Source of the DNA: Nitrospirota bacterium
GTDB lineage: Bacteria > Nitrospirota > Thermodesulfovibrionia > Thermodesulfovibrionales > Dissulfurispiraceae
Length of the DNA: 64,000 nucleotides
Assembly: GCA_963710375.1 (NCBI GenBank)
Contig: CAVPZX010000002.1
Location: 672,001-736,000 of the forward strand
Reading direction: 5' to 3'
The translations under genes and the position numbers were made by a program. The notes below the pieces were generated by a model. The model was not told where the DNA came from, made no database searches, and was given only the letters and a program-made list of their open reading frames with translations. Positions 39,377 through 49,063 of this stretch are shown here, piece after piece (positions within the stretch are counted from its first letter, which is position 1; the number at the start of each line of letters is the position of its first letter).

Positions 39377-39481
39377 ATATTTTGTTCCGAACCCATGTCG
39401 CTCAAACTTATTATGAATGCGACAGTATTAAGATAAAGGCCTTATTGATATCGATAATATGCAGTAGTATAGTAGCTTTCG

Positions 39482-39523
39482 TATTACAACATCGTTAAGC
39501 TTGGGTTAATTTCAGGTTAAACT
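39482..39523 (-). promoter_or_regulatory. Pho-box-like 11-bp-period direct repeats upstream of ptxA
   Basis: Minus strand tTTAACCtgaa-aTTAACCcaag-cTTAACGatgt-tGTAATAc. Confidence 0.65.
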
Positions 39524-39587
39524 CCTGAGGATGGGGTCAAATCCTTAGCTTGAATTTATTTGAAATTGATTCTACTATAACTTACAA

Positions 39588-40280
39588 ATGCTTACAGAAA
39601 ACGCTTCTGCAATACTCAAAAAGATTAGTCATGCTGCGATGCGCGCCGGCAGAAGCCCTGATGTGGTAAAACTAATTGCTGTTACAAAGACAGTGGAGAT
39701 TGAAAAAATAAAAGAGGCCGTGGACATAGGCCTCAGGATCTTCGGAGAAAACAGGGTACAAGAAGCTCAGAAGAAGATTCCGGCATTGAAATCCGACGTT
39801 TCAGATTCAGGCATCGAATGGCATCTTATCGGACACCTTCAGAAGAATAAGGCAAAATATGCGGTACCTCTGTTCGACCTTATCCATACCATCGATTCTG
39901 TTGAGCTTGCAGAAGAGATCAACAGACAGGCGGAAAAAATTGATAAGATACAGAAGGTGCTTGTACAGGTAAAATTGTCCGGAGAGGAGACCAAGCACGG
40001 GGTATCGGAAGAGGGTTTGGTCCCGCTGCTAAAAAGAGTAAAAGGGATGAACAACCTGAACCTTAAAGGATTAATGGCCATACCCCCTTTTTTTAAAGAC
40101 CCTGAAAAGACAAGACCGTATTTCAGGCGGTTGAGGGAACTCATCGAAACGGCTGAAAAGGCAGGTTGCAATCTGACAGAGCTTTCTATGGGCATGTCCA
40201 ATGATTTTGAAGTCGCAATAGAGGAAGGGGCCACAATGGTAAGAATAGGAACAGCGTTGTTTGGAGAAAGGAGCACTTGA
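39588..40280 (+). CDS. yggS: PLP homeostasis protein YggS
   Basis: IAVTK, FGENRVQE, HLIGHLQKNK, LSMGMSND. Confidence 0.96.
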   Translation: MLTENASAILKKISHAAMRAGRSPDVVKLIAVTKTVEIEKIKEAVDIGLRIFGENRVQEAQKKIPALKSDVSDSGIEWHLIGHLQKNKAKYAVPLFDLIHTIDSVELAEEINRQAEKIDKIQKVLVQVKLSGEETKHGVSEEGLVPLLKRVKGMNNLNLKGLMAIPPFFKDPEKTRPYFRRLRELIETAEKAGCNLTELSMGMSNDFEVAIEEGATMVRIGTALFGERST

Positions 40281-41077
40281 TGATCGGCTTTATCGGCGGC
40301 GGTAAAATGGCGGAGGCATTGATAAAAGGCATTACCTCAAAGGGAAACAAAAACATTTTTGTATCTGAGCCCATAGAGGAGAGGAGACTCTATCTTGAAT
40401 CCACTTACGGGATAAAAGCCTCGGCCTCAAACAAAGAAGTTGCTGATTCCTGCAGGGTTATAATACTGGCAGTAAAGCCTCAGAATATGGCGGCAGTGCT
40501 TGATGAGATTGCGGCCTCGATAACGGGAGACAAAACTGTGGTGTCCATAGCCGCAGGGATAACGCTAGCTTTTCTAGAGGAAAAACTGAAGACAAGAAAG
40601 CTTGTCAGGGTCATGCCCAATACTCCGGCGATTGTACAGGAAGGCATGTCTGTCCTGTCTCTGTGCGAATGCTTCTCTGAGAAGGATATAACGGCTGTCC
40701 GGGATATTTTTATGTCTGTCGGCAAAGTGCTTACCCTTCCTGAAAAGTACATGAATGCGGTCACCGCACTTTCGGGCAGCGGACCCGCCTTTATTGCATT
40801 ATTTGCTGAGGCGCTGGTCGCAGCCGGCCACCAGATTGGACTGGCTACAGAACACGCTGCCGAACTTGCACTTCAGACACTTATCGGCACGGCAAGGCTG
40901 CTCGAAACAGGGATGCCGCCCGAAAAACTCCGTGAAATGGTAACCTCTCCAGGCGGGACAACAGCTGCAGGGCTTAAGACATTTGAAGAGAAGGGGTTGA
41001 AAAGCATAGTTGCAGGTGCATTGCAGTCGGCGCTCAAAAGAGCAGAAGAATTAGGCAGCGGAAATCAGGTAAAATAG
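40277..41077 (+). CDS. proC: Pyrroline-5-carboxylate reductase
   Basis: IGGGKMA, AVKPQ, RVMPNTP, SGSGPA, VTSPGGTT. Confidence 0.96.
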   Translation: MMIGFIGGGKMAEALIKGITSKGNKNIFVSEPIEERRLYLESTYGIKASASNKEVADSCRVIILAVKPQNMAAVLDEIAASITGDKTVVSIAAGITLAFLEEKLKTRKLVRVMPNTPAIVQEGMSVLSLCECFSEKDITAVRDIFMSVGKVLTLPEKYMNAVTALSGSGPAFIALFAEALVAAGHQIGLATEHAAELALQTLIGTARLLETGMPPEKLREMVTSPGGTTAAGLKTFEEKGLKSIVAGALQSALKRAEELGSGNQVK

Positions 41078-41122
41078 TCGGGGATCAAACCCTTTACTCA
41101 ACATTTCTCTGTAGGAGGGCAT

Positions 41123-41428
41123 ATGTTTGTTTTTGGCGATCTGGTTGTGGCTGCAGCTAACATACTCGATTACATCCTGGGTATTTATAAATGGATACTT
41201 ATAATTACAGTACTTTTGAGCTGGGTCAATCCCGATCCTTATAATCCGATTGTCCGCTTTCTTCATACGGTAACGGAGCCGGTGCTCAGACCGATTCGCA
41301 GAATGATAGGATTTACATTCGGTCCTTTGGATATTTCTCCTATCATAGTTTTTTTAATTATCATGTTTATACAAAGCTTCTTTATCAGAACACTGGTAAA
41401 ATTAGGGTATAAATTAGGAGGTGGCTAA
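41123..41428 (+). CDS. yggT: YggT family membrane protein
   Basis: LSWVNPDPYNP, TEPVL, LDISPI. Confidence 0.93.
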   Translation: MFVFGDLVVAAANILDYILGIYKWILIITVLLSWVNPDPYNPIVRFLHTVTEPVLRPIRRMIGFTFGPLDISPIIVFLIIMFIQSFFIRTLVKLGYKLGGG

Positions 41429-41429
41429 G

Positions 41430-41903
41430 ATGAGACTTACACCGCTCGACATTCAGCAAAAACAGTTTCCGATGCGCTTCAGGGGTTTTGACGTTGATGA
41501 AGTTTATTCCTTTCTCGAATTGGTGAGGGAGGAGCTTGAAGAACTATTACGGGAAAACGGTTCAATGAAAGAACAGCTGGCCAGGGCAGACGAGCAGCTG
41601 CAGGAGTTCAGACATATGGAAGGGACCCTGAGGGAAACGCTTATGACTGCTCAGCAGCTCGTTGAGGATTACAAAACAAATGCGCGTAAAGAGGCAGAGC
41701 TTATCCTGAAGGAGGCCGAACTCAAGGCCGACAACATGACAAAGATCGCACAGGAAAAGGTGGTAAAAATACACGAGGACATCGTCGATCTCAAAGGTAT
41801 CAGACGCCACTTCAAAGAAGAAATCAAGCGGCTTATCGACAGCCATATGAAAATGCTCGAATTCGACAAGGAGAGAGAAGGGGAAGAATCGGGTGAAATA
41901 TAG
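41430..41903 (+). CDS. DivIVA domain protein
   Basis: LTPLDIQQKQF..FRGFDVDEV followed by a coiled coil. Confidence 0.92.
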   Translation: MRLTPLDIQQKQFPMRFRGFDVDEVYSFLELVREELEELLRENGSMKEQLARADEQLQEFRHMEGTLRETLMTAQQLVEDYKTNARKEAELILKEAELKADNMTKIAQEKVVKIHEDIVDLKGIRRHFKEEIKRLIDSHMKMLEFDKEREGEESGEI

Positions 41904-43161
41904 TGCGCTGAAGGGCGTTCAGGATATTATGCCGCCCGATATTTATATCTGGCAGCGCATCGAATCTTCAGCAAAACAAATCTTTCACAATTACGGCTTT
42001 CAAGAAATAAGACTTCCCATAATTGAGTCTACCGATATTTTCGTACGGAGCATCGGGGAGACCTCGGACATTGTCGGCAAAGAGATGTATACCTTTCCAG
42101 ACAAGGCGAACCGTAGCGTCACGTTACGGCCTGAAGGAACGGCCTGCGCAGTACGATGTTATGTGGAGCACAATCTGCGCACCCTTCCCTCTCCGCAAAA
42201 GTTCTTCTATACAGGGCCGATGTTCAGATACGAGCGGCCGCAAAAGGGAAGGTTCAGGCAGTTCTACCAGATCGGCGTAGAAGCCTTCGGCTCGGCGGAA
42301 CCATCGCAGGATGCTGAAATCATCGTCATGCTAAAAAGATTTCTTGAGCAAATCGGCATCAGGGAACTAACTTTTGAAATTAACTCGATTGGAGACGAGG
42401 CTTGCAGGCCGGGCTATAGAAATGCCCTGCTTGCGTTCTTCGGCGATAGAATCAAAGAATTTTGCCCCGATTGCCAAAACCGCTACCTCGCAAATCCCTT
42501 ACGAATCCTTGACTGCAAAGTTGAACGCTGCATAGAACTTCGGCAGGGTGCTCCAGCCATGACCGATTATTTGTGTGACGATTGCAGGAAACACTTTGAA
42601 GAACTCCTATCAATGCTTCAGATGATGAATATCCGCTATACCATAAACCCTAATTTGGTACGCGGCCTGGACTACTATACCAGGACCGCCTTTGAAGTCA
42701 CCAGCGAGCATCTGGGCGCGCAAAAAGCGGTTGCCGCAGGAGGCAGATATGACGGGCTTGTAAAGGAATTCGGCGGCCCCGATACGCCTGCAATAGGTTT
42801 TGCCATAGGCATGGAAAGGCTCGCTGCACTGTTGAAAGAAACCTCCAAAGAACAGGTACCCGGGCCCAAGGCCTTTATAGCCACTTTAGGCCGCGAGGCA
42901 GAACGAGAGGGCTTCAATATTGCCGAGACGCTTCGACAAAAGGGACACCACGTTGAGGAAAATTATGGAGAGGCCTCACTCAAAAGCCAGTTACGCAAGG
43001 CGGACAGGATCGGGGCAGAATTAGCCATTATTATCGGCGAGAATGAGCTGAAAGAGGGTAAAATTCAGTGGAAGAATCTTAGAAACGGCGAGCATGGCAC
43101 GGTTCAAATCGATGACATACTGTCTATTCTAACCAACACTATCAAGCTCTCGCACCCGTAG
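41893..43161 (+). CDS. hisS: Histidyl-tRNA synthetase
   Basis: LRPEGTA, FRYERPQKGRFRQF, VRGLDYY, GGRYDGL. Confidence 0.97.
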   Translation: MKYSALKGVQDIMPPDIYIWQRIESSAKQIFHNYGFQEIRLPIIESTDIFVRSIGETSDIVGKEMYTFPDKANRSVTLRPEGTACAVRCYVEHNLRTLPSPQKFFYTGPMFRYERPQKGRFRQFYQIGVEAFGSAEPSQDAEIIVMLKRFLEQIGIRELTFEINSIGDEACRPGYRNALLAFFGDRIKEFCPDCQNRYLANPLRILDCKVERCIELRQGAPAMTDYLCDDCRKHFEELLSMLQMMNIRYTINPNLVRGLDYYTRTAFEVTSEHLGAQKAVAAGGRYDGLVKEFGGPDTPAIGFAIGMERLAALLKETSKEQVPGPKAFIATLGREAEREGFNIAETLRQKGHHVEENYGEASLKSQLRKADRIGAELAIIIGENELKEGKIQWKNLRNGEHGTVQIDDILSILTNTIKLSHP

Positions 43162-44484
43162 TTTCACGCCCAGCTCATCAGCGAGCACGCTGCACTTATC
43201 AATATCGACTCCTTCTGCGGTTACCACCGTTGCCTGGACTTCCGGTATACAGAGCTTTGCCTCTCTGATGAAATTAAGCATTTCCTGAAAAGCGTTATCA
43301 AAAACAGGCTTGCAAAGCTGCCGGTAGGTCTTTTCGTCCTGAGCATCAAGACTGACCGAGACTACATCCACTAGGCCCTGCAGTTCCGGAAGGATATTTC
43401 TTTTGTGAATGAGATTTCCGTGGCCGTTCGTATTGATCCGCACCTGTCCACCCTGCTGTTTCACCCATGCAGCAACAGATTTGACAGCATCGAGCCTGAG
43501 CAGCGGCTCCCCATACCCGCAAAAAACAACCTCCTTGTACCTCAAGGGATCACCAATAGCGTCTATCAATTCATCAACAGAAGGTTCATGAGCAAGCCGC
43601 AGATTGTGCCCTTTCACAAAGTCGGTCGTGAATCGGACGCAAAAGACGCATTTGCTCGTGCATCTGTTGGTAATATTCAAATACAGGCTGTCTCTGATCT
43701 TATAGGCAATTTGACCCGGGGGCAGTTCGCCGATATGAAAAAGCCTTTTTGCATTGATTGTCGTAATTCTGTCCAGGTCCTCCAGGGATACGCCCCTCCA
43801 TTCAGCAAGAAACCTCGCTGTATGCACTACAAAGGCAGGTTCATTCCGCTTACCCCTGAGCGGAACAGGCGCAAGATAGGGAGCATCTGTCTCAACCAGC
43901 AGAAATTCATCAGGAACTATTTTGGCTATCTCGCGGAGCTGTGATGCATTTTTGAATGTCACCGGCCCGGCAAATGAAATATGGAGGCCCATTGCAATAG
44001 CCCTTTCCGCCATATCCCGATCTCCGGAAAAGCAATGCATCACCCCCTGCTCAATTCCTGAATCTTTAAGCATTCCGAGTGTGTCTTCCTTTGCCTCCCT
44101 GCTGTGAATGACCACGGGAAGACCGGTATCCCTTGCAAAATAAAGCTGCTGCCTGAAAACATCGCGCTGGATTTCCCTCGGTGAATAGTCGTAATGATAG
44201 TCGAGCCCTATCTCTCCGATAGCCACAACTTTCCTGTGAGCAGACCATATCTTTATCTGATTAAAAACCGCCGGACTAAAATCTTTAGCATCGTGGGGAT
44301 GCATTCCCACGACAGCAAAGATGTCGTCATACCCTTCAGCAAGAGCCACAGCGCCCTTGTTCCCTTCAAAATCGGAGCCGACGGCAAGAATAGCTTCCAG
44401 CCCGGCTTCCCTGGCCCTCTTGATAACATCATCCCTGTCGCCATTAAATGCGTCCATTTCAAGATGGCAGTGTGTATCGATCAT
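43129..44484 (-). CDS. TatD nuclease fused to a TatD-associated radical SAM domain
   Basis: DTHCH, GEIGLDY, ETDAPYL; C-terminal LYLNITNRCTSKCVFC, FCGYGEP. Confidence 0.92.
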   Translation of the reverse strand: MIDTHCHLEMDAFNGDRDDVIKRAREAGLEAILAVGSDFEGNKGAVALAEGYDDIFAVVGMHPHDAKDFSPAVFNQIKIWSAHRKVVAIGEIGLDYHYDYSPREIQRDVFRQQLYFARDTGLPVVIHSREAKEDTLGMLKDSGIEQGVMHCFSGDRDMAERAIAMGLHISFAGPVTFKNASQLREIAKIVPDEFLLVETDAPYLAPVPLRGKRNEPAFVVHTARFLAEWRGVSLEDLDRITTINAKRLFHIGELPPGQIAYKIRDSLYLNITNRCTSKCVFCVRFTTDFVKGHNLRLAHEPSVDELIDAIGDPLRYKEVVFCGYGEPLLRLDAVKSVAAWVKQQGGQVRINTNGHGNLIHKRNILPELQGLVDVVSVSLDAQDEKTYRQLCKPVFDNAFQEMLNFIREAKLCIPEVQATVVTAEGVDIDKCSVLADELGVKLRVRELDSVG

Positions 44485-44672
44485 AGTTTTTTTCCGGCCT
44501 CTCATTTCAGCAGGCGTTCAGCCGCTTTTGTAGAAACAGCAATTTATTATGATAATTTAAGAGTGCATTTTTGAGCAACTGCCGGATCCGAGCGTGCGGA
44601 CAAGACCGGATAACTTGACGAGTGCATGAATCTTCCTGTATTTTAAATATTCATCTTATCTTCATTTATCGT

Positions 44673-44748
<76 letters not shown>

Positions 44749-44983
44749 TTAAATACCAATAAGATATACCTCATTCCTATTTTCCATCCTCTCTGAAGCG
44801 TATAGTTTTTGTATAGTTGAGTTCTCGTTGAGTTTACTATCGAGCAAATTTACTGCTTTTACCTTATTAGGATAGATAGCCTAAAATTCAAAGTAGCCCG
44901 CTACCGAAAATTGAGTGCCGATTATGGCAAAAAACGGGTCAGTTGACCATGCCGATCAACACAGAAGATTCCCTCTCAGAAGT

Positions 44984-46150
44984 CTACGTTTTAGTTTTAT
45001 TATTGGGCAAGATAATTTTAAGTAAATCTTCGGATACGTATAATTTGTTCCTTGGTTTTCCTGAAATTTCCTTCATTATACCAAGCATCTCTAAGCTCTT
45101 TACGCCATGCTTTACCGAAGTATAGGCAATATTCCATTTCTTACTTAGAGTTGAGATTGAAATCATAATTGACAAGAATAATTCATTCAATAACCTATGA
45201 GCAATTTCGGGAGCCTTTTTATCAGAATCAATACGATTTGAATATTGATCATATAGCGTAATAATTTTCTTAGAGTTGTCTAAAGCATTTTGAGACATGT
45301 TAATTACGCCCCGCAGAAAGAATTTAATCCATTCTGTCCAAGCTCCCCTTTGACTAACAGATAGTAACAGTCGATAGTATTCGGCACGATATTGTTCGAA
45401 AAATTCTGAAAGATAAAGAAGAGGTTGACAGAGAGCGCCGGAATTATGAAAGAATATGTTTAGAAGCACTCTTCCAATTCTCCCATTGCCATCAATGAAT
45501 GGGTGTATTGCTTCAAATTGGTAATGCATTAAAGCAGCTTGAATCAAAAGTGGCTCGCCGGGGTCGGAATTAATATATTTTTCCCAAGAACTGAGTGCCT
45601 CATTCATTTCATCGACAGGTGGGGGTACATAAGTTGCTTCATTAAGAGTACAGCCTGGCGGGCCTATCCAGTTTTGGCTCCGTCTAAGCTCTCCTGGTGT
45701 CCCATGTTCTCCGCGAACATCTTTCATTAATGTTTTATGCAATTCACAAATGAGTCTCGTAGAAATGGGGAGTTCTGCGATGAGACGAAGTCCTTGTTTC
45801 ATTGCTTGGACATAATTGTAGACTTCTTTAACATCGGGTGCCTGTGGTGTTATCTTATCGGTAGCCTCATAAAAGAATAAATCACTGAGTGAAGATTGAG
45901 TTCCTTCAATCTTAGAACTTGAAACTGCTTCACGACGTATGTATGGAGAAATTAATAGATATGGGTTTTTAAGAACTCGTCCTGTACCAGATAGCTCTCC
46001 TATTAGCCTATCAGCATCAGACAATAGTTTAATAAGTTCCGGGCTATATTCTATAGTGGGAGGTAGTGGATTGGGAACAAATGCACAATATTCTCTTAAT
46101 GTTCTTATACATTTACCAGATGGAGATTGTTCAAACTCGTCAGGTTTCAA
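44984..46150 (-). CDS. Fic family protein (class II-like)
   Basis: HPFIDGNGRIGR catalytic motif, N-terminal SSKIEG inhibitory motif, HTH-like C-terminus. Confidence 0.93.
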   Translation of the reverse strand: MKPDEFEQSPSGKCIRTLREYCAFVPNPLPPTIEYSPELIKLLSDADRLIGELSGTGRVLKNPYLLISPYIRREAVSSSKIEGTQSSLSDLFFYEATDKITPQAPDVKEVYNYVQAMKQGLRLIAELPISTRLICELHKTLMKDVRGEHGTPGELRRSQNWIGPPGCTLNEATYVPPPVDEMNEALSSWEKYINSDPGEPLLIQAALMHYQFEAIHPFIDGNGRIGRVLLNIFFHNSGALCQPLLYLSEFFEQYRAEYYRLLLSVSQRGAWTEWIKFFLRGVINMSQNALDNSKKIITLYDQYSNRIDSDKKAPEIAHRLLNELFLSIMISISTLSKKWNIAYTSVKHGVKSLEMLGIMKEISGKPRNKLYVSEDLLKIILPNNKTKT

Positions 46151-46224
46151 ATAATCCTTCCAGTTAGCTCATTTTCTTCCATAGCCTAGTTAGTATATTA
46201 GCAATTAGTTGGAAGAAAAATCAA

Positions 46225-46260
46225 TCTTATTACAAAAAAGTCCTATTTTTTGTAATAAGA
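46225..46260. promoter_or_regulatory. Perfect 15-bp inverted repeat upstream of fic
   Basis: TCTTATTACAAAAAA-gtccta-TTTTTTGTAATAAGA. Confidence 0.6.
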
Positions 46261-46299
46261 CCTTACTCTATTACAAACTTGAACCAATGGGGGCAGGTC

Positions 46300-46722
46300 C
46301 TAACTTCCGATTCGGTACATGAGGCTTATAATTTCTTCGCCTCTGCCTGGAAGAGCTTTGTTAGCCGCGCATTCGATTAAATATTCGAGTTCATAGGCAA
46401 CTATTTGGTCATTTCTGTTTGTTGGAACAAAGGACATTGCTTCTCGTAGTAATCCGACTTGCGCTATGAGTACAGGCCATAGAATCTCAACCCCGTAAAT
46501 TTTATACTCGTCTTCAAAAAATGCTCTGGTCTTTTTTTCTCTTTGTCCTTCATAGGCCTTGCGGATGTCGTAAGCCAAGCCGAGGGAAAATCCTTCTTTA
46601 TCTTCTATAACTGGACTCTGCTCATTTATTTTATGCAGGACCTCGTGTATCCGTTGTAAAGTCCAGGGATCGCCCCAGAGTCGGATACCTGCATGGTTTG
46701 GAGTGAGTTCGAATTCAAGCAT
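46300..46722 (-). CDS. DUF6904-like hypothetical protein (possibly truncated)
   Basis: LTPNHAGIRLWGD, LAYDIRKAYEGQR, YGVEILWP; family recalled from memory. Confidence 0.6.
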   Translation of the reverse strand: MLEFELTPNHAGIRLWGDPWTLQRIHEVLHKINEQSPVIEDKEGFSLGLAYDIRKAYEGQREKKTRAFFEDEYKIYGVEILWPVLIAQVGLLREAMSFVPTNRNDQIVAYELEYLIECAANKALPGRGEEIISLMYRIGS

Positions 46723-46732
46723 AGTGTTTTCA

Positions 46733-47107
46733 TCACACCGGTATCTGCAGCAATATCCGGTCGTAGTTCACCGTAGGCGTCGTCTTTTCTCTGCCGTCCT
46801 TGGTCTTCTTAAGGTCAATGAGACCAGCCCCGGCAAGGAACTGAACGTCGTCAAACGTATTCTTAACGTCCCTGTGCAACATTTTTGCGAGTTCGTAGAT
46901 TGATTGAGGATGATCCTTTCTTATAGTCTTAAGTATTCTGAGACGTTCGTCGGAAAGAACCTTTCTCATTGTGTCCAAGTCCTCGAAAGATATTCCTTCA
47001 TGTTTTCTGACTTTCTCGCCGCGCTCGATTTTCTTGACCACGTCTTTAACTTCTCTATAAATGTCCTCGTCGGATTTAATAGATATTTTTATATCTCTGA
47101 CCCTCAT
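46733..47107 (-). CDS. HTH transcriptional regulator / antitoxin-like protein (HVO_A0114-like)
   Basis: ISFEDLDTMRKVLSDERLRIL, PQSIYELAKMLHRDVKN. Confidence 0.8.
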   Translation of the reverse strand: MRVRDIKISIKSDEDIYREVKDVVKKIERGEKVRKHEGISFEDLDTMRKVLSDERLRILKTIRKDHPQSIYELAKMLHRDVKNTFDDVQFLAGAGLIDLKKTKDGREKTTPTVNYDRILLQIPV

Positions 47108-47382
47108 AACTTGCCCTCCTTATATTTTCGAATGTCGCTTTCAAAATCTTTCTGGAGTTTTTCTATACCCTGAAATTTGTAAGGCCGTTCCTTATCTCCA
47201 TAATGCCTGTGATCTCCTTTGCCATGCGCATTGTCGTAACCGACTACCCGAGCGTTGCTCACAATGTAGACCAGCGAATATTTATACTTTGGCGGGTTAT
47301 CGGGAATTCGCTATATCTTTATTTCCTTAATGGCGCCATCCCTGAGATATTTCTTCTCGTGATAGACAAGCTCCGCCTTCAT
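47104..47382 (-). pseudogene. DUF6516/TumE-like toxin gene with an in-frame TAG at codon 24
   Basis: MKAELVYHEK...KEIKI*RIP...YKYSL...VGYDNAHGKGDHRH; ATGA overlap with the HTH gene. Confidence 0.8.
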
Positions 47383-47606
47383 ATTGGTTATATTATACCA
47401 AATATTAAGAAAGCGTGCAAATTATCGGGCGAGTTAATTGATGCAGCGTCACAAAATCGTAACAAGTCTATCACAAAACATAGGGTTGCTAACAATATTA
47501 TGTCAAATCAGAACAGGCTGGAAATTAGGTTCAAATCCAGTAATGGTAAGGGTTTGCGTGGGATATTCAATTTCTTGCCCGTGACCGTAAAAACAGTATT
47601 GTAATA

Positions 47607-47650
47607 ACTCTTAATCAGCGGGTTGCACGTTCGAATCCTGCACGGCTCAC
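47607..47650 (+). repeat. att-site duplicate of the tRNA-Lys 3' half
   Basis: 42/44 identity to 44703-44746. Confidence 0.92.
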
Positions 47651-47764
47651 TCTGCATTCAAAGAGTTATAGCAATTAGACCGGCTGATAACATTAGATAA
47701 TAGTTAGAACATTTTTTTCACTTGATTAGGGCAAATATCTATTAGTATGTCTGACTCCGAGGCT

Positions 47765-47954
47765 CTATCTCTTCTTTTCGTAATCCTTTCTCCTTACCGA
47801 TTTCACGGCATTCTCAATGTCCTTACATAGTCAGCTTAGACTTTTTGAATGCCTCCACTGCAACTTTGAAGGCAGCATCCAGCCTGTCCTCAGGAGACAG
47901 GACAGAAAGGATATAGTCATCGGGATTGATCTTCTTAGCCGCACTTACAGCCAT
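47765..47954 (-). pseudogene. Small hypothetical ORF (~62 aa) with a +1 frameshift
   Basis: AGGAGG RBS; MAVSAAKKINPDDYIL...KLTM / KDIENAVKSVRRK. Confidence 0.4.
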
Positions 47955-48095
47955 AACGAATACCTCCTTCCAACTAGCTACTCTATTTTATATCAAAGGT
48001 GTCTTAAAGTCAGCAAGAAGGTAAACAGCTTAATGGGTGTCTGCCGTAGCGACCGCCATGCTTAATTTGAGTTGAGACTGGAAACCGCTTAGGAA

Positions 48096-48290
48096 GTTGC
48101 ATTTTACAACGTTAGTGCTTTATTTGCATCACCGCCGCTTTCCCTTAATAAACAATTAGTAACATCGCTCGTGAAATCCACAGTTGCATAGTGCAACAAA
48201 CTCGAAATAATATGTTTTTGGTCGCTTGTTAAATAAGACCATAGAATCAAACAGATAGGTCAGAATATTTCACTGGCACGAAAAGTGATA
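48096..48290 (+). promoter_or_regulatory. Putative sigma54 promoter with two upstream palindromes
   Basis: GTTGCATTTTACAAC (48096), GTTGCATAGTGCAAC (48183), TGGCACGAAAAGTGAT (48274; GG-N10-GA). Confidence 0.6.
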
Positions 48291-48327
48291 TATGTAATAG
48301 TGAAGTTCAATAAAAAGGAGGACGACC

Positions 48328-48504
48328 ATGAGACGCTTTATCGAAAGATTTCAGACTTTGATGATGGCAGCAACCTTTGCTGAAGAGGGCGAGTTTGATT
48401 CGGCCCGTGAGATCATGAAGGAGAGCGAGCAGAGGAAAACAACGAGGCCTACTGTCGGCAAACGCCAGAGACCTGACAAGAGAAACGAATTAAGAGCCGA
48501 GTAA
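48328..48504 (+). CDS. Small 58-aa hypothetical protein with an FAEEGE motif, not in ORF track
   Basis: AAGGAGG RBS; MRRFIERFQTLMMAATFAEEGEFDSAREIM... Confidence 0.8.
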   Translation: MRRFIERFQTLMMAATFAEEGEFDSAREIMKESEQRKTTRPTVGKRQRPDKRNELRAE

Positions 48505-48512
48505 GAGAGGGC

Positions 48513-48995
48513 ATGACAATGAGTGAGGACAATACCTGTATGGGAAAACTGAAACAAAGGATGATGAGTTTTGAGACGGCAATGACGGCAGCATCGTTTG
48601 CCGAAGAGGGTGAGGCTGGGATAGCGCGAAACATTATTAATGATGACCGGCGCATCCTGCTTGCCGTAACGAGAGAGCAGATGGACAAGAAGACATTCAG
48701 GTATGCAGTAAACACTTGCAAGAGGATTGGGGCGGATCTGGATATTCTGTATATTTCGGAGTCGGACGCCCCTGACGCACAGCTTGAAGAATGTCTTGCC
48801 GAACTAAAGGCCGAGAGGGTCAATTATAGTTTGATGTATAAGAAAGGCAGCCTGAAGCAGTCGATTATCGATTATACGAACAAAAAGAAAAAGATTCTGT
48901 TTGCGGTTATTGGCAACAATGGGACAAGCAAGGGGATATCGCAGGCTTGGAATAACCTAAAGTGTCCTCTGGTCGTGGTAGAGGACGCGGCATAA
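48513..48995 (+). CDS. FAEEGE-motif protein with a universal-stress-like domain
   Basis: AASFAEEGE, RILLAV, YAVNTCKRIGADLDILYI, terminal CPLVVV. Confidence 0.75.
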   Translation: MTMSEDNTCMGKLKQRMMSFETAMTAASFAEEGEAGIARNIINDDRRILLAVTREQMDKKTFRYAVNTCKRIGADLDILYISESDAPDAQLEECLAELKAERVNYSLMYKKGSLKQSIIDYTNKKKKILFAVIGNNGTSKGISQAWNNLKCPLVVVEDAA

Positions 48996-49063
48996 CGAAT
49001 GAAAATAGGCATCATCTGGTGCTTATAAATAGATACAAAAAAACAAATCCGGAGGAGACTCAA

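Larger units (their letters stand above)
44749..47650. mobile_element. Decayed genomic island integrated at tRNA-Lys, no integrase seen
   Basis: 44-bp duplication of the tRNA 3' half at 47607-47650; AT-rich cargo. Confidence 0.85.

Noticed and set aside
47311..47313. Pyrrolysine or amber readthrough
   Set aside because: No pyl genes or suppressor tRNA in the window, and TAG is used as a normal stop elsewhere.
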